DNA of 59,167 nt from Armatimonadota bacterium (GTDB taxonomy: Bacteria > Armatimonadota > DTGP01 > JAHWJO01). The first letter of the stretch is position 1. Every line of letters starts with the position of its first letter. Of the stretch, positions 1 to 10,210 are shown one piece after another. Where the stretch lies: positions 1 through 59,167 of the forward strand of contig JBBRGS010000001.1 of the NCBI GenBank assembly GCA_038240635.1, in the 5' to 3' direction. Position numbers and translations under genes: made by a program. Under the pieces are notes generated by a model. The model was not told the DNA's origin, ran no database searches, and worked only from the letters and a program-made list of their open reading frames with translations.

Positions 1-590
1 CGATACGGGCCGCGCGAGTAGTTGATCACCTGCCCGATATCGCCATTGGAGAGGATGATGAGGCGGCCGGTGTCGTCGCGGAGGCGGGTGGTGCGCATCC
101 CGGTCTCCTCCACGACGCCCAGGTTTCCGCCGATGCTGACGACATCGCCCACGGCGAACTGGTCCTCCAGCAGCAGGAGGAAGCCCGTCACCACATCCTT
201 CACCAGTTTCTGCGCGCCAAACCCAATGGCGACCCCCGCGACCCCGGCGGTAGCCAGCAGCGACGACGGATTGAGGCCCAGGGCGTTCAGGACCATCACC
301 AGCACGATGAACCAGAGCGTGTACAGGAGGCAGCTGCGCGCCACGCCCTGAAGCGTGATGAGCCGATTGGCGGTATGGGGACGGGAATCGGCTTCGCGGA
401 GGATGAAGGGACGGAAGGCGCGCCGCAGGGTGAAGGTGATGAGCGCACGCCCCACGAGGAAGACAACGAGCGCGCCCAGAACCCCGGCGCCCACACTGAG
501 GAGCTGGGCGCTCCACGCTTCCAGGGAGGCGCGGCCGAGCGGCAGGCCCCACAGGTCGAGGAGGGCGTTCAGTGAAGAGGAGAACGGCAT
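1..590 (-). CDS. Small-conductance mechanosensitive channel (MscS family), N-terminal ~196 codons; the rest of the gene lies beyond the window start
   Basis: Absent from the ORF track because it runs off the edge. Reverse translation from the ATG (rc of 588-590) gives MPFSSSLNALLDLWGLPLGRASLEAW..., TM helices, then GFGAQKLVKDVVTGFLLLLEDQFAVGDVVSIGGNLGVVEETGMRTTRLRDDTGRLIILSNGDIGQVINYSRGPY, the MscS pore-helix/beta-domain signature. Confidence 0.85.
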   Translation of the reverse strand, partial: MPFSSSLNALLDLWGLPLGRASLEAWSAQLLSVGAGVLGALVVFLVGRALITFTLRRAFRPFILREADSRPHTANRLITLQGVARSCLLYTLWFIVLVMVLNALGLNPSSLLATAGVAGVAIGFGAQKLVKDVVTGFLLLLEDQFAVGDVVSIGGNLGVVEETGMRTTRLRDDTGRLIILSNGDIGQVINYSRGPY

Positions 591-710
591 GATGAGGGAG
601 GAGAGAGAGGGGAGATCAGGCCCCCCGGCGAGACCCCGCTGCGGGTGGACAGGATACGGGCGTGGAAACTCGGAATGCGGCGCCTATGATCGAGGAGCGA
701 AGCGGGGAGA

Positions 711-1316
711 TTACGGCGGTTGGCTCTGTATCCATTCCACGCCGCGATGAAACGAGTGGAATATCCGGCAATTCATGGTTTTGAGGAAGGCGACCAGGTC
801 TGGGTCGCTGAAGTCTTTGGAGTTTCGGTTCAAAAAGCAGTTTGAGGCCGCATCGGAGGAGGAGAGGCGCCCCGTTACAGCGGCGAACACAAGAGCATCC
901 TGTGGCGCCAGGCCATACCGGGCCTGATACTGAAGAGAAGAGAGCAGATGGGCCGCTTCCAGGGGGAGAACTTCCGCCACTGAAACAAGTCTCTGAAGGG
1001 TGGATGCCATTCGGCTCCTTTCTTCCTGAACAGTCTCAATCAGAAATCCCGTCACCTGATTCAGTGCGGTGGAATGCTTTTGAAACGCTTCTGATCTCAG
1101 TAATTGCGAGAATTCCTGAGAGAGCTCAGAGGCAAGACGGGTTCGACTTTTCCAGCGCCGAATCAGAGTTTCATAAGGTTCGATGAAACAGTAAGCCGGG
1201 ACCTTCAAATTCAGCCGTCCCGACTCCGCGTGGCGGAGCAGGGTTTCACAGTCCGGGCGCTGTTCCTGCAACAGGGCGAGTTCCAGGACGAAGTTGGTTT
1301 CCACATAGACATCCAT
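711..1316 (-). CDS. PIN-like nuclease domain protein (201 aa) with a helical insertion; second gene of a two-gene cassette
   Basis: ORF track. Motifs VYVETNFVLE (N-terminal acidic strand), QDALVFAAV and FLNRNSKDF resemble PIN-type nucleases. Only a 5-nt gap to the upstream ORF 1322..1795. Assignment is by motif recall only. Confidence 0.55.
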   Translation of the reverse strand: MDVYVETNFVLELALLQEQRPDCETLLRHAESGRLNLKVPAYCFIEPYETLIRRWKSRTRLASELSQEFSQLLRSEAFQKHSTALNQVTGFLIETVQEERSRMASTLQRLVSVAEVLPLEAAHLLSSLQYQARYGLAPQDALVFAAVTGRLSSSDAASNCFLNRNSKDFSDPDLVAFLKTMNCRIFHSFHRGVEWIQSQPP

Positions 1317-1321
1317 GGAGA

Positions 1322-1795
1322 TCAGGCCGCCCGGTCCAGCTCAACCCGGCCTCCGCGCAACGCCTCAAATAACCCGGTTGCTTTGAGCCACTGATCCTGG
1401 GGATTCATCGGCCCGGCGACGGCTTCCCCCTGGGTCATCCGGCTGAACCATGTAGTGAGGAACATCTCAAAACTGTAGCCTGTCAGTTCGGCGGGCGCGA
1501 TCCCGAGTTCCCGATAAAACGGTTCGAGAAAAGGCCGGGGGTCCATCTCGTCCGTCGGTTCCAGAGGAAAGGGAGCCCCCGGTTCCCGTTTCCAGAAATA
1601 AAAACGGTCGGGCAGCGCCAGCAGGAAGTAAGGAGCGCCGGGGAGCGAGCCGTGTTCTTCCAGATTGGTTCGATACTGGCGGGCCCACTCCCGCGTCGCG
1701 CCGGATTTATCCTTCACCTCAACCGCAAGGATGAGGCGGCCCTGGCTGTCATGGATCATCAGGTCGGCATTTTTCATGGAGCTATTATACCTCAA
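1322..1795 (-). CDS. Hypothetical protein with a PD-(D/E)XK-like nuclease core (157 aa; alternative start at 1777); first gene of the cassette
   Basis: ORF track. MIHDSQGRLILAVEVKDK gives a D...E-V-K arrangement typical of restriction-endonuclease-fold proteins. No other domain recognised. Confidence 0.45.
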   Translation of the reverse strand: MRYNSSMKNADLMIHDSQGRLILAVEVKDKSGATREWARQYRTNLEEHGSLPGAPYFLLALPDRFYFWKREPGAPFPLEPTDEMDPRPFLEPFYRELGIAPAELTGYSFEMFLTTWFSRMTQGEAVAGPMNPQDQWLKATGLFEALRGGRVELDRAA

Positions 1796-1828
1796 CCGTT
1801 CCGCTCAGTCCGTCGCGTCGCGCTCCCA

Positions 1829-2075
1829 GGGTGATGAGCCGATTGGCGGTGTGCGGCCGGGAGTCGGCTTTGCGGAGGATGAAGGGGCGGAAGGCTCGCC
1901 GCAGGGTGAAGGTGATGAGCGCGCGCCCAATGAGGAAGACGACGAGCGCGCCGAGCAGCCCGGCTCCAACGTTGAGGAGCTGGACGCTCCACGCTTCCAG
2001 AGAGGCGCGACTGAGCGGCAGGCCCCACAGGTTTACAACGAGGCGAGGGACAGATGTCGCAATGGGGGAAGGCAT
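1829..2075 (-). pseudogene. Truncated duplicate of the mscS 5' end (start codon plus ~80 codons)
   Basis: ORF 1785..2075(-), MPSPIATSVPRLVVNLWGLPLSRASLEAWSVQLLNVGAGLLGALVVFLIGRALITFTLRRAFRPFILRKADSRPHTANRLITL, aligns with the N-terminus of the intact gene at 352-590. Nucleotide identity is roughly 80-85% by eye, and similarity is lost after ...ANRLITL. Confidence 0.85.
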
Positions 2076-2335
2076 GAAAGGGAATGAAGGGGGATGAAGG
2101 CGGGATAGGATGGGATAAGGCGGAGCTGAAAGGGATTGAGCCGGATTTGGCGGAGCGACTCGCTCATGTTCCTTTCGGTCTGGAGGGAGGGAACCCTTCG
2201 CGGACGAGGCTGCCCCCGGTCTGCGGGAATCGTTCGCGCCATACTTGTTATACTGTGGAACGCGAGGCGGCGCGCCTTCCTCCTCCTCCTGTCTTCAATT
2301 ATTGATCCCTGGCCCACAGAAAGAGTCTTTCCTCC

Positions 2336-5857
<3,522 letters not shown>

Positions 5858-5868
5858 GAGGCGTTCGT

Positions 5869-6132
5869 ATGTCCCTGCAGCAAAAGACTCTGACCTCAGA
5901 AGAAGCGGCCCGCCTGGGTGATGAACTCTATGAGCGGAAGGTGCTGCCGTCGGTGACAGACGAGCAACACGGTCTGGTCGCCGCGATTGACCTCTCCTCC
6001 GGGGAATTTGCGCTGGCGGAGACAGCCCTCGAAGCGTCAGAACAGTTGCGCGCACGCTTCCCCGGGACGGACGTTTGGTTCGTGAGAGTCGGCCAACACG
6101 CTCTGCATCGGATCGGGGCCGCAGAATGTTGA
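5869..6132 (+). CDS. Small DUF5678-like protein (87 aa), partner of the downstream aspartic protease
   Basis: In-frame ATG at 5869 within ORF 5701..6132. The AGGAG RBS overlaps the metH stop codon (TAGGAG). Sequence ...HGLVAAIDLSSGEFALAETALEASEQLRARFPGTDVWFVRVG resembles DUF5678-type small proteins. Overlaps the next gene by 7 nt (ATGTTGA). Confidence 0.6.
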   Translation: MSLQQKTLTSEEAARLGDELYERKVLPSVTDEQHGLVAAIDLSSGEFALAETALEASEQLRARFPGTDVWFVRVGQHALHRIGAAEC

Positions 6133-6482
6133 AAGGTTCTGTCAACGCCTTTCGTGAGGCGACACTTCAGGTGAACCTCCGAGGCGTGAACGATCTAACC
6201 GTGGAGTTGGTGGTGGATACAGGATTTACCGGCTACCTCACGCTGACCTCAGATCAGATCGTCGCTCTTGGCTGCTCACGAATTGGCCGAAGTCGCGTCA
6301 TGTTGGCCGACGGCAGCGAAGAGATATTCACCCTTTTTGCGGTTATCGCTAACTGGGATGGCCTGCCGCGGACGGTGGAAGCGTATGAAATGACCTCCCC
6401 TCCCCTACTCGGAATGACTATGATGTACGGCCATCATCTCCACATCCACATTGTTGACGGCGGTGAAGCGCTTCTTACCTGA
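6126..6482 (+). CDS. Retropepsin-like (clan AA) aspartic protease, 118 aa
   Basis: In-frame ATG at 6126 in ORF 6075..6482. Catalytic VVDTGFTGYLTL (D-T-G) motif and a size typical of bacterial single-domain retropepsin-like proteases. Confidence 0.7.
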   Translation: MLKGSVNAFREATLQVNLRGVNDLTVELVVDTGFTGYLTLTSDQIVALGCSRIGRSRVMLADGSEEIFTLFAVIANWDGLPRTVEAYEMTSPPLLGMTMMYGHHLHIHIVDGGEALLT

Positions 6483-6552
6483 CCGTCTTGTCAACTTTGC
6501 GCCTGCCAGAACAGAACAATGTCTTAAAATGCGAAAATGCTCAGGTACGGGA

Positions 6553-6797
6553 GGAACCGGGCTGGGGAGGATGCGCCGACGATCCGGGAGTTGTTTGGGC
6601 AGAAGTATCGCGGCAGCCGGTACAGTTTCGGCTACCCGGCGTGCCCGGACCTGGAGGAGCAGGCGAAGGTGTTCGAGGCGCTGCGCCCGGAGCGGATCGG
6701 GGTGGCCCTCTCCGACGAGTTCATGCTGGAGCCGGAGCAGACGACCAGCGCGATCATCGTTCACCATCCGCAGGCGAAATACTTCACGCTGGATTGA
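6553..6797 (+). pseudogene. Displaced copy 2 of the metH 3' end (last ~80 codons)
   Basis: ORF 6537..6797 reads ...GEDAPTIRELFGQKYRGSRYSFGYPACPDLEEQAKVFEALRPERIGVALSDEFMLEPEQTTSAIIVHHPQAKYFTLD. This is near-identical to metH 5608-5857, with a few mostly synonymous changes and a TGA stop instead of TAG. Confidence 0.9.
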
Positions 6798-6826
6798 GGC
6801 TGACCCGCAGCCGTGTATACTGAAGT

Positions 6827-7300
6827 ATGAGTCCTCGAGTCTACCTGGAAACCACAATTCCCAGCTACCTCGCCGCATGGCCGAGCCGTGACCTCATCAT
6901 TGCCGCCCATCAGCAGATGACGCAGGAATGGTGGAGACATCGTCGTAATGAGTTCGATCTATACGCCTCACAGATCGTTCTCCAGGAGGCCAGTGTGGGA
7001 GACCCGGAGGCCGCGCCTCGGCGACTGAGTTTTCTGAAAAATATACCACTCCTTGAACAGAGTGCGGAAGCCGTGGCGCTGGCAAAAGTGTTGCTCCGGC
7101 AAGCGCCCCTGCCTGAAAAAGCAACCCTGGATGCTCTCCATATCGCCATCGCCGTGGTCAGTGGTATGCACTATCTCATCACCTGGAATTGCGCGCACAT
7201 CGCTAACGCGACTCTGCGCAGTCAAATTGAAACTATTTGCCGTTCGCAAGGCTACGAGCCGCCGGTGATCTGCACTCCTGAAGAACTTATGGAGGGGTAA
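6827..7300 (+). CDS. PIN-domain (VapC-like) protein, 157 aa
   Basis: ORF track. Motifs VYLETTIPSYL, DALHIAIAVV and LITWNCAHIAN match PIN-fold toxin families. Followed after 4 nt by a 67-aa ORF. Confidence 0.65.
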   Translation: MSPRVYLETTIPSYLAAWPSRDLIIAAHQQMTQEWWRHRRNEFDLYASQIVLQEASVGDPEAAPRRLSFLKNIPLLEQSAEAVALAKVLLRQAPLPEKATLDALHIAIAVVSGMHYLITWNCAHIANATLRSQIETICRSQGYEPPVICTPEELMEG

Positions 7301-7304
7301 TCTG

Positions 7305-7508
7305 ATGGGGCGAGACACGATTGTCGAGGAAGTGCGTCAGAATCGTGAAGCGTACGCGGAGCGTTTCAACTTCGACCTTCAGGCCATTCATCTTGACCTG
7401 AAGGAGCAGGAAGAGAAAAGCGGACGCCAGATCGTTTCTCTGCCGCCACGGCGGGTGAAACCAACGGATCTGGATTTAGCGCAGAAACATGAAGAGGAAG
7501 CCGTTTGA
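7305..7508 (+). CDS. Small charged protein (67 aa), putative antitoxin partner of the PIN protein
   Basis: ORF track. Tight spacing behind the PIN gene and a helical, charged composition. No family recognised. Confidence 0.45.
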   Translation: MGRDTIVEEVRQNREAYAERFNFDLQAIHLDLKEQEEKSGRQIVSLPPRRVKPTDLDLAQKHEEEAV

Positions 7509-7515
7509 CCTTACT

Positions 7516-7793
7516 CTGGACGGCATGAAGGTGGTCGAGGAGCGGTTCGGGAGCGGGCAGATGCCGCCGCCGTTCATGTTGCGGTCGGCGGAGGTGATGA
7601 AGGCGTCATGACCGGGACCATGATGAGGGAACCGGTGGAGACCTCACGGGGGAAGAGCGGACGAAGGTCTTCAAGGCGCTGCGGCCGGAGCGGATCGGGG
7701 TAGCGCTCTCCGACGAGCGCATGCGGGAGCCGGAGCAGACGACCCGCGCGACCCTTATCCACCATCCGCAGCGACGTACTTCACGCTCGACGG
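7516..7793 (+). pseudogene. Mosaic, internally deleted remnant of the metH 3' half (copy 3)
   Basis: Three collinear blocks match metH: 7516-7607 matches 4376-4468, 7608-7660 matches 4892-4948, and 7661-7793 matches 5723-5857. Frame is not maintained. Confidence 0.8.
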
Positions 7794-7859
7794 ATCGGGT
7801 ATCATGGCTGTTGATCTCGTGCATGCCCTGAGCGGAGAAGCGAAAAAAGGTGGAGACTA

Positions 7860-8231
7860 ATGGACAGGAGCGCCAGGGAGACATCGGGAGTGATCCGATC
7901 CGACCGGGGGCTGATCGTCGCCGGAACCCGGATCACTCTGTACGATGTGCTTGACTATCTCAATGCGGGATGGCCTCCCAAACTCCTCGGAGACCGCCTG
8001 AACCTCACTTCTGAACAGACTCAGGCGGCTCTGGAGTACATCCGCGACCACACGGTGGAACTGGAAACCGAGTACCGACAGGTCCTACACGACGCGGAAG
8101 AGAGCCGTCACTATTGGGAGACCCGTTATCCCGACAGGCGGAACGTGTTGGAGTCTTCGTCGCCATTCGAACGGCGAAAGGCCCTGGAAAAGCGGCTGGC
8201 TGCGCTCGAAAAGGAAACCGTATCGCGGTGA
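7860..8231 (+). CDS. DUF433-family antitoxin-like protein (123 aa)
   Basis: ORF track. ...RGLIVAGTRITLYDVLDYLNAGWPPKLLGDRLNLTSEQTQAALEYI is the DUF433 helix-turn-helix-like core. GTGA overlap with the next gene. Confidence 0.75.
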   Translation: MDRSARETSGVIRSDRGLIVAGTRITLYDVLDYLNAGWPPKLLGDRLNLTSEQTQAALEYIRDHTVELETEYRQVLHDAEESRHYWETRYPDRRNVLESSSPFERRKALEKRLAALEKETVSR

Positions 8232-8623
8232 TCCGTGTTCTGGTGGACCACAATATGGAGGGGCAGGCGCTTCTCCTGTGGGGCGCCCTCGCCGCAGAAG
8301 GATGGCTTGCTCTCCTTCCCGTTCCGCTCCGCTCCTTTGGCGACGTGGGTCTGTCGTTCGACACCAGCGACCGGGAGGTCTGGCGGTTCGCTCAGGAGCG
8401 CGAAATGGTTCTCCTCACCGCAAATCGAAGTCTGAAAGGTGTGGACTCTCTGGAGCGAACCCTGAGGGAAGAAGTGGATTCGGAATCCCTGCCTGTACTC
8501 ACCGTCGGGCAGCCGGAACGTATGGAGGAACGGGAGTATCGCCAGGCGTGTGCGGTCCGTCTGATGGAGATATTCCTGGATTTGGACACGTATCGGGGAG
8601 TGGGCCGTCTCTACCTCCCATGA
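8228..8623 (+). CDS. DUF5615-family (PIN-like/Mut7-C-like) toxin-like protein (131 aa)
   Basis: GTG at 8228 is in frame within ORF 8114..8623. VIRVLVDHNMEG...DREVWRFAQEREMVLLTANR is typical of the DUF5615 partners of DUF433. Confidence 0.65.
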   Translation: MIRVLVDHNMEGQALLLWGALAAEGWLALLPVPLRSFGDVGLSFDTSDREVWRFAQEREMVLLTANRSLKGVDSLERTLREEVDSESLPVLTVGQPERMEEREYRQACAVRLMEIFLDLDTYRGVGRLYLP

Positions 8624-8655
8624 AGGGTCCGCAGTTTCCCCGCCAGGGGATTCCA

Positions 8656-8762
8656 AGCGGATCGGCGTGGCGCTCTCCGTCGAGTTCATGCGAGAGCCGG
8701 AGCCGACGACCCGCGCGACCCTCATCCACCATCCGCAGGCGAAGGACTTCACACTCGACGGA
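8656..8762 (+). pseudogene. Most decayed remnant of the metH 3' end (copy 4)
   Basis: agcggatcggcgtggcgctctccgtcgagttcatgcgagagccggagccgacgacccgcgcgaccctcatccaccatccgcaggcgaaggacttcacactcgacgga aligns with metH ~5750-5857 and shares derived positions with copy 3. Confidence 0.75.
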
Positions 8763-8774
8763 GGGCTGGAGTGG

Positions 8775-8825
8775 AAATTGAAAACAGGCGTCCGGGAGGG
8801 AGTGTATCCCCTGCCCGGACGCCTG
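8775..8825 (-). terminator. Intrinsic terminator downstream of the fasciclin gene
   Basis: Perfect 12-bp stem caggcgtccggg (8785-8796) / cccggacgcctg (8814-8825) with a 17-nt loop. On the minus strand it is followed by TTTTCAATTT. Confidence 0.55.
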
Positions 8826-8851
8826 AATGAACCGTGTGGAAGCGGCTCAGA

Positions 8852-9364
8852 TTACTTCATGTGGGGCATAAGCACGGTGTCCACCACGTGGATGACGCCG
8901 TTGGTCGCCATGATGTCGGCCTTCACGACTTTCGCGTTGCCGACGTATACTTTGCCCTTCTTCACGCGGATCGGCACCGATTGCCCGTTCACCGTCTTCG
9001 CGGAGTGGAGTTTCACCACCTCCGCCGCCGTCACTTTGCCCGGCACCACATGGTAGGTGAGGACCGCCGTCAGCATCGCCTTGTTCGCCAGCAGCGCGTT
9101 CAGTTTCGCTTTCGGGATTTTGGCGAAGGCCGCGTCGGTCGGAGCGAAGACCGTGAACGGCCCTGTCCCCTTGAGCGTATCCACCAGACCGGCGGCCTTC
9201 ACGGCGGTGACGAGGGTTTTGAACTGGCCCGCTCCGACCGCGGTGTCCACGATGTCCTTTTCGGCGGCGCGAGCGGGGAGAATGGCGAAGGCGGTGAGGG
9301 CGACGGCGCCGGCGACCAGGGATCGTCGAAGCAGGTTGGCGCCAGGGGCGGTTGCGGAAGTCAT
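8852..9364 (-). CDS. Secreted fasciclin (FAS1) domain protein, 170 aa
   Basis: Internal ATG (rc of 9362-9364) of ORF 8852..9823, preceded by AAGGAG. Signal peptide, then [13 protein letters not shown] and [11 protein letters not shown], the FAS1 signatures. Confidence 0.85.
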   Translation of the reverse strand: MTSATAPGANLLRRSLVAGAVALTAFAILPARAAEKDIVDTAVGAGQFKTLVTAVKAAGLVDTLKGTGPFTVFAPTDAAFAKIPKAKLNALLANKAMLTAVLTYHVVPGKVTAAEVVKLHSAKTVNGQSVPIRVKKGKVYVGNAKVVKADIMATNGVIHVVDTVLMPHMK

Positions 9365-9459
9365 TGGAACTCCTTTAAGAGCGGGGTGAGGGGGTGAAAG
9401 GGGCCGCCGGGATAGATGGTGAGGCGGCCCTAAGCGTTGGAAAAGGCTGCGATGTTTGG

Positions 9460-9555
9460 GTGACGCGGTGGACTGGTGACGCGGTGGACTGGTGACGCGG
9501 TAGACTGGTGACGCGGTAGACTGGTGACGCGGTGGACTGGTTACGCGGTTTGCCA
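9460..9555. repeat. 16-bp tandem repeat, 5 copies plus a diverged founder copy overlapping the DUF378 stop codon
   Basis: The unit gtgacgcggt(g/a)gactg occurs at 9460, 9476, 9492, 9508 and 9524. The sixth unit, gttacgcggtttgcca (9540-9555), contains the TAA stop (rc of 9541-9543) and the last codons of the gene. Confidence 0.9.
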
Positions 9556-9750
9556 GCGGTGCTGGATCGCCTTCCAGGTGATGACCTGATAGACCGCGGA
9601 GAGGCCGACCAGCCCGTAAACGATGCGGCTGAGAATGCTCATGGAGCCGAAGAGCGTTGCCACGAGATCGAAGTTGAAGAAGCCGACCAGGCCCCAGTTG
9701 AGGCCGCCGATGGCCACGAGGACCGCCGCGATGACATCGAAGTTTTTCAT
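9541..9750 (-). CDS. DUF378 small membrane protein, 69 aa
   Basis: Internal ATG (rc of 9748-9750) of ORF 9541..10005. [35 protein letters not shown]... has two TM helices and the GGLNWGLVG motif. Confidence 0.8.
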   Translation of the reverse strand: MKNFDVIAAVLVAIGGLNWGLVGFFNFDLVATLFGSMSILSRIVYGLVGLSAVYQVITWKAIQHRWQTA

Positions 9751-10210
9751 CGTGATTCCTTTCTGTGGAAGAGGGAGGTGAAGAGGGAGGTGAAGAGCGC
9801 GGGATTCGCGCCGAAAGAGACATGGCCCCTGTGAGACCGAAGCCGCCGACAAGGGGACTGGCGCCAGGGGAAGACGCGGAAAAGGTTTTCGGAGGAGAGC
9901 GCCGTTTGTCGCCGGGAACAGCCCGCCTCCACCGGAGTGCGCCGGAAGGGTTCGGGTTCGTCGCCCTCTCCCTGCTGACATAGAGAGTATACTCGACTGT
10001 CGCACTTTTGACTTACTTTTGTCGCGTTTTTTGTAACGAATACGTCACGGAGACTGAAGACCCATTTTTCAGAGGTTGGACAGGTCCAGCATAATACCCT
10101 TGACGTTAATCAGACAGAAGCGCCACAATCAGGAACATCATCTCTGTCTACTATAGGAAAGGCTCGCGCTCCTGGAACCCCCCGCCCCCAGCCCGCCCCC
10201 CGGCTACACC

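Noticed and set aside
2076-2335. Cobalamin or SAM riboswitch upstream of metH
   Set aside because: I could not find the B12-box or the SAM-I conserved blocks by eye. The region would need a covariance-model scan, so no call is made.
6537-6797. 86-aa ORF as an independent gene
   Set aside because: It is a copy of the last ~80 codons of metH, preceded by unrelated sequence that happens to supply an ATG. It is treated as a displaced gene fragment.
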